Shown: piece by piece, positions 1 through 14,205 of the stretch
Layout: each line of letters opens with the position of its first letter
How positions within the stretch are numbered: the first letter of the stretch is position 1
DNA from: the human T2T-CHM13v2.0 reference genome, Homo sapiens
Length of the DNA: 64,000 nt
Reading direction: 5' to 3' (one strand)
NCBI RefSeq assembly: GCF_009914755.1
Contig: NC_060928.1
Program-made: the position numbers and the translations under genes
The notes under the pieces: model-generated
The model's database searches: none
What the model was told of the DNA's origin: nothing
Seen by the model: only the letters and a program-made list of their open reading frames with translations

Positions 1-2621
<2,621 letters not shown>

Positions 2622-3072
2622 GAAATGAAAACTAACATTTAACAGGATTAAAATAAGAACATGCCTAAACTTTGGAACCCTTATGAAATCTTCCATCTTT
2701 CTTACATTTTGGCTACTAGGATGATGGAAACTACTTAACAGTTATAAAGAAACACCTTTTAGAACAAAGTTGTACTAGCTTTCATTTCTTCATTCAAAAG
2801 TGTCCTGAACATATAACAGGCTGCATGTTCTTGGCTTCATATCTGCATAACAATGACACACAGAACAGTTAATCTGAGCAAGCACATACAACAGTTAATC
2901 CAAGCAAGGATGATGATGTAGCCAGTTTCATCAGCATTGCCTAATACAACAAATGCCTTTCAGAGACTACAAAATTAGCTAGATAACGTAACCTACTCCT
3001 AGAAAAATATCCCATTTAAAAATGTAATTTATGTCACTGACTTTCCGTACTATAACTAGTGGTAAAGGCCAT

Positions 3073-3575
3073 TGTATTGGAGATTGTTTCTTGTGCCCAA
3101 ATATTCAATTTTCCTTACATCATTTAGTAACATAACCACCCGTTTAGCTTGGCACATGGTTACCTAGGGAAAAAGACCACATTTCCCACCAGTCCTTGCA
3201 ACTAGATGTGGTCCTGGAAGTGAGATCTTGCCAATGGGAGGGTGGGAGATGTAGTGAAATTACAATTTCTGGGTCATCACCTTAAAGGGAACATACTCTA
3301 CCCATCTGTTCCTTTCTGTTTCTATCTTTGATCTCTGGAATCAGGAAATAATTTCAAGAGCTAAAACAGCTATTTCGGACCACAAAATGGATATAGTATA
3401 GACAGCAGAACAACAGTAACTGGAACCCTCATACCAAGAAATTGCATTGCCAGCTCTAGACCACTGATGGAGATTTTTACATGAGAAAGAATAAAATTTC
3501 TATCTTGCTTATATCTACTGTATTTTAGGGTCCATTTATTAGAAAAGCATAAGATATATCCTAGCAAATTTAACT
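3073..3575 (+). mobile_element. ERVL solo LTR, LTR16-like
   Basis: CACATTTCCCACCAGTCCTTGCAACTAGATGTGG...GCCAATG motif typical of LTR16/33; ATAAA...TATCTTGCTT tail. Confidence 0.6.
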
Positions 3576-5004
3576 AATATCTACTCTGTTTGTCCAAAGG
3601 CCTTTTGAGATGGCTGGTGAACCACTCTTAAGCAAGCTGTTGGCAATAGGGAACTCAACTCATCAATCCCTCACTTACTGTTTACTTCATGTCAAGTATC
3701 AATAGTGCTATGCAAAAAGAACTACTCTTGTTTGTTATCATGAGGCTTTGTAGAAGCTTGGGAACTTCTTACTTGCTCTAATATACCCTGCGGGCCCATG
3801 AAACAATCTTTCTACCAGCTACAAGAGATTAACTTTCCTGGTGAGCAAGCATTCTCTTTGTAGATGGATTTGTTGTGATGAATTTGATGCATCTCTTTGC
3901 TAGAGGGAAAAAGCATTTAGAAAAAAACAAATAAAATATAAAAATACTCTCCCTAAATAGAAGCCAGTGAACATTACCAATAGCTAATTGACTCTCAACA
4001 TTATAGACTGATAAGAGAGAAAAATATTCTTCACTTAATTCAGGCTACAGGGGCTGACACAGTGGAACCTGCAATCCAAAGAGAAATATAGAGAGTAACA
4101 AAATTCTTTTGAAATGATAATCCTTTGTGATATTAAATTTATGATAAGTAAACTGTATAGCAACCATAATCACAAAACACCTTATCTCATGCCCTTAGGT
4201 TGTAGTAAACCATGGCAATTTTAATCGAAAATAATACTTGGCACCAGGAAACCAAGAATGGCACCCTTGAAAATGCTGCTCTGAATAGGAAACTAACATT
4301 TTAGATATATTACAGAAGTAAGTAACTCTTAGCTGCTTTGAATTATAATAATAATTATAACGCATTTATTTCATTTCAAGTGGCACTCCATTATGCTATA
4401 TAGTGCTGCTCTTAAAATTCTATTGTAGACTCCAAGCTTCCTGCTTCCTAGTCTCTCATGTTGACTGTTGTTCCCTGGCAGGGTCCTACCAGCAACCAAG
4501 AGAAACCTGCAAGTCCCCAAAACAGCAAAAGTATCAAATATAATTTTTTAAAACTCTTTTTATTATCTAAATTAAGCTGGAATTACTCTATTAAGTTACC
4601 AAGAGTAATAAAAGGCATACCCATAACATATATATCACTGTTTGAAGATATTTAAATTTAACTGTGATTACAATCTTTAACTAAGGCTCTCAGACTCTCT
4701 TAAACCTCTTTCTAAGGTTAATTAGTAGCCAATGAACAATTTTCAAAATAAAAGCATAATATATAAAAGTTAATAAAACTGGCTCCAAGTTAATTAAATT
4801 TATTTTCCTTCAGAAATATCCTGCCCTCCTTGAGATGCAACATGGATAACTTTGTGAAAACAGTGAAATGTACAATTCAGCAACTACTAACACAAAAAAA
4901 TCAAAGGGATATTCTGCTTCGTAAGTAAAAATCTACAGGGTAGGCCTTATTCTACAGTCAGCACTTTTCTAACTTTTGTTCAAGTTGTGATCATGAAAAC
5001 AGTG

Positions 5005-5128
5005 CTTAACATTGACTTAGGTCTTGACTGCATGCCAGGTAGTGTCTCACACGCTTCACATGTATGAACTCACTTGATCTTTATGACAGTCCTATAAGAT
5101 GGTGCTATTATTATCCCAGTTTTAGAGT
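5005..5128 (-). mobile_element. MIR fragment
   Basis: TGCCAGGTAGTGT...CTATTATTATCCCAGTTTTAGAG resembles antisense MIR. Confidence 0.7.
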
Positions 5129-5134
5129 CTGAGT

Positions 5135-5425
5135 CTTTCCCACCCTTCAAGATCTGGTTTAAATTTCACTTCCTCACAAATCCTTCCTTAATTATTTCCC
5201 AATTCATATTATATTCTACCTCCCCCTTTTCCCACTATATTATGTGTATCTCTTACGGGACTTACCATAGTTCCCCCTAAAGCTCTTTATGAATGCTTCT
5301 CTTTCTTGTCATTACATCACAAGTTTCTGGGGAGGCAGACTCTGTCTTACTCACTTTTGTATTCCTACAATGCTTGGCAGAGATTCTTGCATGAAGAACA
5401 TGTCCAGAAAATGTTTGTTGAACTT
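5135..5425 (+). mobile_element. L2 3' end
   Basis: GGAGGCAGACTCTGTCTTACTCACTTTTGTATTCC...AAATGTTTGTTGAA resembles the L2 tail. Confidence 0.7.
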
Positions 5426-5589
5426 ACTTATACTAGCATTAATATGGGAAAAAAGGAAGAAAGGAATTTAGCAGCAGCTCTAAAAACAAAGAAAGAGTCA
5501 TGAATAAAAAGCAACAAGCAGTTATTCTGTTTCTGCAGATGACAGAACAAAAGAGATCCCAGAGATCATGAGATAAAACATTTAAATAT

Positions 5590-6835
5590 TAGGTAAACAT
5601 TAAACCATAATTATACTGAAAGAAAATACAGGTGAATGGTTACAAAATCTTTAGAGGTAGAAGGCCTAAATAGGACACCAAGAGCAAAATCAAGCAAGAG
5701 AAGAATTAAATAAATGTTCAACGGAGCCAGCTCTGAGTTAGGCTACATGGTTTTGATTCCCAATTTGCTGTTTGTAGAGTCAGTTTATTCAACCGTAAAA
5801 TGGGGATGATGACAATATCTGACTTACACGGTTGCACAGTGGAATGAAGGAGATAATGACTATCAGGCTCTCAACACAACGCATGACATAATGTCTTCCA
5901 TAAACATTTCAAAACAAACCAATTAAGGAAAAGATAGAGTTGACTGTAAAAAGAAAAAAGCATTTATGCTATAAAAGTATCAATCAAGTCAATCAGTATC
6001 AAATGACAAACAGAAAAAAAAATTACTGTCATAAATACATGAAAAGCTTGTACAAATTAATAAGATTAAAACTCCAATAGAAAAGAAAGGAAAGCCGAGC
6101 TCAGCATTTCACAAAACATTAATATATACAAATGAGAAAAACATGAGAAAACACACCTTATTTAAGAAATTAGAAAGTATTCATTAAATTTTTCTTCTTA
6201 TTAAATCAGCAATATTGACAATGCTGTGAAGCAATGGACAGCATAGAGAGTCTTGTGGAAAGCTTAAATTGGCATATTTCTGAGGGCACTTTGCCAATAA
6301 CCATCAAAAGCCTTAAAATGTGCATACCTTCCTAAAAATGCATAATTATTATACATCCATAAAAATCTAAAAAAAGAAAAAAGTACATATGTTATGACCT
6401 AGGAAATTGAGGCATTTATACCAAGGAAATAATCACTGATATGCACAAAGATGTAAACTGCAGCCTTGTTTATAAGAGTGAAAAACTAGACATAACCTAG
6501 TGATCTAACAATGAGACTAGTTAGTAAACTAAATACCTTTACAAAACTGACTGCTGTGATCTTGTGGGAGATACTTAATGCCATAAATGAAACAAATATG
6601 ATATAACAGCTTATTATATGGTCCCATTTTCATTAAAACAACAACAATAACAAAATGTGTGTAGGTATGAGTGTGTGTATATACACACACAAGAAAGATC
6701 TGAAAGGAAAGATATCAAAATGCTAACACTGATTATCTCCAGGTAATAAAATTATAGATGACTTTGGAAAACCATAACATTTTCTAAATTCTTTATGATA
6801 AACATATCTTCATAATTAACAAAATAAAAATTATC
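5590..6835 (+). mobile_element. Old L1ME-type 3' region, interrupted by a MIR
   Basis: A-rich degraded ORF2 C-terminus/3' UTR motifs, e.g. CAAAATGCTAACACTGATTATCTC. Confidence 0.6.
5720..5905 (+). mobile_element. MIR
   Basis: CCGTAAAATGGGGATGATGACAATATCTGACTTAC core. Confidence 0.65.
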
Positions 6836-7363
6836 TTTCCAAAAGGAAAAATTAAACATCAAGAGATATTCTTGCCCATTGTTCAGGTAGAATATATCTT
6901 TAATTGTGGCTGCACTGTGCTCCTTATAAAAGTCATACAGTAATGAGCTTCAGCCCACAGGTTCTATTGGTACAGAAACAGCTCAAGCAGTTTAGCAGAA
7001 AAATTCAATCAAATACAAAAAACAACTCAAGGGAACATCCTATGCTTAATGGTTAAATGGCAATAGAAAAAAAGACAAATAACTAAGCAGTACTGGATAA
7101 AGCTAAAACCTTAATCTCATGCTTACTCAGCAGCAAAAAGAAAAAGCAAAGCAAACATTAATTATGGAAGATTTAGTGATCTGTATGGTTATAGTTGTAG
7201 AAACACTTCCAATCTGTGTTTACCCACGCTGTAACTCATTGCTTTCTGCAAATTTAAAGAAACCTTTTGCCTGACAGTTCAAATGCTTGGTTACAGCTAA
7301 GGGAACAATAGTTCAACCACTTTGAAAATAGGCTAGAGGACAAAGTCCTCACACTTCAAAACT

Positions 7364-7364
<1 letters not shown>

Positions 7365-7410
<46 letters not shown>
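7365..7410. repeat. (GT)23 microsatellite
   Basis: Perfect dinucleotide run. Confidence 0.98.
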
Positions 7411-7412
<2 letters not shown>

Positions 7413-7795
7413 AGTGGCTTTCCAACTTCATAATAAATCTACGAAAGGGCCAACTTCATAAGGGAGCCAGTCTGAATACAAATATATTTAGCCCCATCCT
7501 CCCTACATGGCAAGGAAGGAGCAGGCACATCACTATGTAACTAGATTGCACGTTCATTCATTCTTAACGACTGTTACCAAAGATTCCCAAAGTAAACAGT
7601 AGTGAAAGCCATGGTATTACAGTATTGAAAGCAATCTATTAACTCATGCCTTTTCAAAACCAATGAGAGAATAGACCTAGTTGAAAATTCTTAATTCCAT
7701 CTAGTAAGATAAATCTTGAACACAAAATGCTAGAAAAAAGGGCGGGGAGGTCTAAGTACATAACTGTTTAAATTGTCTATCCAGTCTATCCCAAA

Positions 7796-8300
7796 TGCAG
7801 TGCTCACTTGTTTTTTTCCTGCCCAGCATCCATTGCCCCTTCTCTGAATAATAGCACCCAGTTTTTATTTAGGGGACTCTCCCATTTTGGTTCATATGAT
7901 CACCTCCATTTCCAAACTTCAGGAACTGACAGGTAACTCAGGAATGCTCATGCAATGTATTCATTCCCCTAGACAGAATAAATATTCATCAAGCACATAG
8001 CCCAAGCTAGTCCCACTGGTGACAAGAATTATCAGCCTTAAAACTTTTCTCTAAGCTCCTGGGAAAGAAGCACGTTCCTTTTGCTGGAGTTTCATGCTGA
8101 AAGAATGTAAGCTATTGCTGTTGGGCACAGCTTTGCCATCACTTGGAAAGAGGATATCTAAAAACAAAACAGTAAAAAAGTGAGTAGGATTAAAAAACAA
8201 AGAAAAACAGATTCCTGATAAACTATTTTTAAAAGCTGGATCCAAACATGCCTGAAGCTATTCATCACCATCTGATTTAGATTCTGTCACATGAGACTAA
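7796..8300 (+). mobile_element. LTR33-like ERVL solo LTR
   Basis: CCTGCCCAGCATCCATTGCCCCTTCTCTGAATAATAGCACCC resembles the LTR33 5' end. Confidence 0.65.
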
Positions 8301-8368
8301 AAGGAGACAATAAATATGGGGGAAAGGAAAGTTAGATGGTTGTCCCTTCCCTCCCCAGTTGATCTACC

Positions 8369-8679
8369 TGTCTTGGTCAGCATGGGTTACTATAACAAAA
8401 TATCATGGACTGGGTAGCTTAAACAAGACATTTCTTAGCTTGCAAACTTCGCTTCCTTCTTGGCTGTATCCTTGCATGGCGGGGCCTGAGAGAGCAGTAA
8501 GGGAGGAATTCTCTAATTTCTTCTTATAAGGGTACTAATCCCATTATAAGGACCCCACCCTCATGACCTCATCTAAACTTAATTACCTCTCAAAGGCCCC
8601 ACCTCCAAATACCATCACATTGGAGCTTAGGGCTTCAACATAGGGATTTGGAAGAGACACAAACATTCAGTGCATAGCA
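8369..8679 (-). mobile_element. MLT1A-type MaLR solo LTR, internally deleted
   Basis: TG...CA ends; CCCCACCCTCATGACCTCATCTAAACTTAATTACCTC motif; 5-bp TSD CTACC at 8364-8368 and 8680-8684. Confidence 0.88.
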
Positions 8680-9234
8680 CTACCTAAATTGCTTTTAGAC
8701 ACACACAAAATAGACTGGAGGAGGTTACTCTATGCTACCTCCAAGCAGATCTGTGTGACTGTCATTGTACTAGAATACATCACCAGAATATTGGCTACAT
8801 CCTTAAGTGTATATCACTGCTTACTCCAAAGCCTAACCCAGTGCCTAGAACACAACATCACCCAATAAATTTTTGCTGAAAAATGAATACGTGAATTAAC
8901 TAATCTTTTGGGACTTATTTTCAATACAAACTAAACAATAACATGAATGCTATAATAAAGATATCAGTAACATGATATGAAAATACACAGAAAGGTCTAA
9001 CTGTATATTGGAAACCAGATAATCTGGAGTCACATTCCAATATTTAACTGATCTGAATCCCTCCTGAAACAGTCAACGTATCTCCTCATCTTCTCCTTAG
9101 CCTTATCTTCAACAGGCACAAAATACTTTAATAATGAAAAATAATCCCCAATCACTGGCATCTTCTACTTGACTAGCTGAGAAACAGCTCTGAAACTGTA
9201 GCATAGACAGATGTTGGCGTGTGTGTTTTGTGTA

Positions 9235-9695
9235 TGTGTCCTTATCATGGTCTACAAGGCCCTACAGGCTCTGTTTGACCTCGGCTGTTCTCCTTGCCTG
9301 CTGTGCTCCAGCCACATGGGCATCCTTGCTCTTTGAAAACACCTGGCACTTCTCATCTCGGGACCTTTGTTTTTGCTATAACCTCTGCCAATAGATGATA
9401 CAAGTGGCTATTCCTTTTCAGGTGTTTGTCCAAATGTCACCTTCTTAGTGAGGCCTTCTTGACCCTCCTTTTTACAATTGCAAACTACTCCACCTCTAAT
9501 ACTTCCTATTCCATGGCATTTATCCACGGCATTATACTTTCTAATATATGATTCACTTATTTATTTTCTTCATCGTCTATCTGTCTTCCCATACTAAAAG
9601 ATAAACTCCATGAAGGCAGAGATTTCAGTCTGTTTTTTGTTCTCTGTTGAATCCTCAATGCCAAGGAAATAATAGATGCTGAATAAATGAACGAA
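9235..9695 (+). mobile_element. L2a 3' region
   Basis: GGTCTACAAGGCCCTAC...CTCCAGCCACA...AAATGTCACCTTCTTAGTGAGGCCTT...CTCCATGAAGGCAGAGA. Confidence 0.85.
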
Positions 9696-10012
9696 GAAAT
9701 ATAACACAAGAGAACTACAACTAAATCATGAAGTGCTCTGATTCAAATTAAATATGAAGATTTTCCAATCAAATAAACTACAGAAGGTTATGTCTGTGAA
9801 CTCCTTCAGAAGTTAAAACTAGAGAATTCCTATAAATATATTTAAAACCATAATCACTATAAAATATTCCCTTATATTACAGAAGTTAAGACATAAAAAT
9901 TATTTAAGAAATGAAATGTGTTATCACAAAAAACTACACCAATAACCAGAAAGTATAAGGGTTGCATTTACTTTGCTTTAGATCTAAAACAGTATTAAAT
10001 ATAAAATTTGAG

Positions 10013-10278
10013 GGCAGAGTGCTGTGGCTCACGCCTGTAATCCCAGCACTTTGGGAGGCTGAGGAGGGCAGGTCACTTGAGGTCAGGAGTTCAAGACGAG
10101 CCTGGCCAACATGGTGAAACCCCCATCTCTACTAAAAATACGAAAAATTAGCTGGGCCTGGTGGCAGGTGGCTGTAATCCCAGCTACTTGGGAGGCAGCT
10201 GAGATCGTGCCACTGTACTCCAGCCTGGGCAACAGAGCAAGACTCTATCTCAAAAAATAAGAAATAAATAAACAAACG
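10013..10278 (+). mobile_element. AluS with a deletion in the right arm
   Basis: Alu dimer in which GGAGGCAGCTGAGATCG joins across a deletion of roughly 45 bp; degenerate TSD ATAA(A/C)ATTTGAG. Confidence 0.95.
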
Positions 10279-10350
10279 AACATAACATTTGAGTGATATT
10301 CATTAGCAAAAAAATCAAGTGTGAAAATATTCATAAATTATGGTTATATG

Positions 10351-10651
<301 letters not shown>

Positions 10652-10947
10652 GGTTATATGTTCTCTTACAGAAATTAAATAAGTAACTGTCATAGAAAAC
10701 AATAGGAACACACTTTGTGACTGCAAAAAGGTTTGTCTATTGGAAAAACAGAAAGCACCAATTAGAAAGGGGCTTCCTGGATGCAAAAAGTCCCACTTCT
10801 ACTGCTTGTAACAGTCCCTGTCCCTGGAGCACTCTTTTCCTGATTTCCTTTCCAGTAGAGACCACTCTAGGTAAATGGAAAGATAAGTTTAGCCCTGGCT
10901 GTCCCCACATGCCTTAACAGGGGAACAGTAATATTAACATTTAATGT

Positions 10948-11235
10948 CAGGAATCCCCAGCTCTGGACTCTGGGAGTCAAATGTTTTGTTTAGCAAAAAG
11001 AGTGTCTTGAAAATTAACAAATTTCCCATTACAAATTCAAACTGCTGACTTCTCTTAAAAATCTGCAACTTTAAGCAACACCGAAGTTGAACTGCTTAAT
11101 AAAAAGAGGAACTAAAGAGTAGTTGCCCCTTGACACTAGGCACCTGTTTTCAGGTTCACCACTGTCCCCACGACTCCCTATTGTCTTACATCTTGTTTCT
11201 TCTGCCTGCCTGGCCAGGGAAGGGTTGAAAGTCCT
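10948..11235 (+). mobile_element. MER102-like hAT-Charlie relic
   Basis: ACTCCCTATTGTCTTACA...CCTGCCTGGCC motif; CAGG...CCTG ends. Confidence 0.55.
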
Positions 11236-11394
11236 GCTGTATATAGTCTAGTACCTTTCCTTATCGTTTGTAAGCATGAACCCTTAACTCCCTGCATTCT
11301 GTTGTTTGATTCATTAAACTCTTAACTCCTTCTGCCGTAGATTTAAATCCTACTGCAGAGTAACATGAAATCAAGGTCAGAATCAAATTTTCTA

Positions 11395-11497
11395 GGGGAA
11401 ACTGAGTGAGGGGTATATAGGAACTCTCTGTACTATCTGTGCAACTTTTCTGTAAACATAAACTACTGTATTCTAAATAAAATGTTTATTTAAAAAA
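11395..11497 (+). mobile_element. L1MB-type extreme 3' end
   Basis: GGGAAACTGAGTGAGGGGTATATAGGAACTCTCTGTACTATCTGTGCAACTTTTCTGTAAA. Confidence 0.8.
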
Positions 11498-11559
11498 TCA
11501 GAGGGGAAAGCATGAACTATTCAATAAATGGCAACGATACAAAAGAAAACCCCACGAAT

Positions 11560-11735
11560 TGCCATTCTTGACCCACTCAATGTATGACTGCGTGCAAGTC
11601 ACTCATCCTCTCTTATCTACAAAATGGGGATGGTAATTCCTCCTCTGCCTTACTCACAGTTTTGCTGTGATGATTAAATGGGATAACAGATGTAAAAGGT
11701 CATGGAAGAGCTGTCACTGTATAGTAAATGCTAAT
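11560..11735 (+). mobile_element. MIR
   Basis: GCAAGTCACTCATCCTCTC...TCTACAAAATGGGGATGGTAAT core. Confidence 0.7.
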
Positions 11736-13984
11736 CTTACTATAGTAAGTGTACTAATAGGATATTAGTAATATATAATAAATGTGCTAATAGGATAGCA
11801 CATTTAAAAATATTACAAAACAACAGCATCTTATAAGAATCTTTAAGGATGTTACACCAAGAAGGTTTGATTATCTATACATGGTTAATGGCACAAAAGA
11901 AATTATGAAGCCTAAGATTACATACTCAGGAAATATAAAAATATACAAATTAAAAACAACCTCCTTATTGTAAACGAGTTGTAAGCATAAATTACATCTA
12001 ACTTGTCAGACTGCTAAACTGAGAAATGGCTAAATTTCCTGAAAACTAAGGATAACTTTAAGGTCAGCCAAATAAAGTTTTCAGGAATAATATATATGAC
12101 CAAAACAAGTCTATCCAGGAATGACAATGTTAAGAAGTGAACAAAATTCATCTGTAAAGGAAACTAAGACAAATGTTGATATTAAAATGTATGTAATGAA
12201 CTAAGATTACCACTACCTCCAAGGAGAATGTAACAGGATTTCTTAAGTGGTTAGTCAGCTTTAGGATTCCAGACAGTCAAGGTTGCTGTGATTATCTGTT
12301 TCAAAGAAACAGGTCTACAGAATACAAGTATATTCTGGTAACAGTAACCAAAAGACAAAAAATAATTTAAGAAGTACTTGAGGCATCGTGTCACTACATC
12401 CATCACTTAAATCTATGGACTTCAGTAATTTGCTATTGAAAATTAATCAAAATGGTCCACAGGTCATTGGTCAGGTTTATTCAGTCATCAAAAAACCTCG
12501 CCTAATTAACCAAATAGATTATGAAAAATGTCTTCTCTGGAAACCTTCACCTTACCAACAAAGGGAACTTTTGAGACTAAACAAAGCCAAGAGCAGTTAC
12601 TTATATGCCAAATTAAGACCTCTGTTTAAGGGGGAAAAGAAAAGTACAATGGAGTACATGAAGAAATATTTTTCTTGCCTTTTTAAAAATATAGAACTTT
12701 GAGTACTTTTTGTTTCTATCACCGTTGTTTTTAAAATATTTTATTCTTATCAAAGTAAAATATAAGCATGGTTCATAAGATTCTATTCAAATAGGACAGA
12801 ATAATTTACAATGAAAAGCAGCAGCCTCCTACCTCACCCCTTCCCAAGTCTGCGCCTACTTCTCAGAGAAAATCACTTTGGGTTGATTTTTGGTTTGGGT
12901 TACTCTGGCGATCAGCATCAAGTCATAAAATAGAGTGCTATAATTACACCACTTCTTTTAAAAATCACTTTTTTAGCACTTTCTATTGGCTTCCTACTAT
13001 GATGGATTAGAATTTAGCTTGCTTGCATCCCCACCCTACACATACAACCAACATATACACAGACAACGTACATTTATATAACACCTTTGGTTTCTCTATT
13101 GATTACCTTCTTCATTTAAAATACTATAGTTACACTTTTGTCTCTTCTTCCATCAACTATAGAGCATCCTTTTTGTCTCGTGTGTAAACATACTAACGAA
13201 TGCAGTTTTCTTTTCCTTTTCACTCCTCCTGTCACTACTACTACCACTATGTTAGCTTATACCTCTGAGATTCTCTTTCTTTTGGTCAATGCTTATTCCA
13301 ATTATGTAAAGAAAAAACTCACTATTATCTATTAAAACCTTTTTAGAACCTATAATTATATAAGTTATTGCTAGCAGTACATTTGTGCCTCACTTTTGAA
13401 GACTATTATTCACTATGAAAATCCACTCTAGTAACACATATATTCTTTTCTTCATATTACGGATGAACATAGATCAAATTTCTTAAAGAACTAAGTTTTA
13501 CTCAGCCAAAGAAGTACCAGTAGTTTCAATTTATTGTTGAAACTAGAGGCTTTCCATAGTAGAAATCCATCATTAGAAAATAACACAGATTTAGGATAAC
13601 TTAATGATTTGAAGGAAATCATAGACTAGCTGAGATGAACACAAACCATCTTTTATCTTAATCCTTCTCTACAGAGTATCAGCCTCCTAAACCAAAGATT
13701 TCTTTTCATCACTACCTGATGACCTCTGGCACAAATCACCCTATATCCCTTCTGTCTCCAACCCAGTACACACGAGCGACACTCTGTCTCAAAAAATTTA
13801 AAAAAAGATTTTATTTTCTCGTTTAGAGCCACACATTTGAGCATCATGGCTGTAGGTACAGATACAGCTGCTGATAAAAAGTCAATGGATTTGAACTGGA
13901 CAGATTGGACATTAACAGGATTATAGGTTACAGATGTCATGTAAAAACCCCAAGTGGCTTTAAAAACAGAAAAGTCAGTATGTA

Positions 13985-14205
13985 TCATGTAGTGGTAAAG
14001 CAGGCTAAGAGAATGGGCTCTACAGTCAGAATGGCTGGTTACAAGGACCGGCTCTGCCACGGCCAGTGGTGTGACTTGAGCATGTTACTCAAGCCTCTGT
14101 ATCCCAGCTTCGTCAATTTAAAAATCGAGTGCTGTAAGGATTAAAAATAATGGTATATGTAAAGAACTTAACATTGGCATGGCATATAAGAACTTAACAA
14201 GTGAG
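13985..14205 (+). mobile_element. MIR
   Basis: GGCTCTGCCAC...TGTGACTTGAGCATGTTACTCAAGCCTCTGT...GTAAGGATTAAA. Confidence 0.75.

Noticed and set aside
2865-2908. Short tandem duplication AACAGTTAATC..AGCAAG (similar cases at ~18442-18475 and ~43212-43261)
   Set aside because: Ordinary slippage-type micro-duplications.
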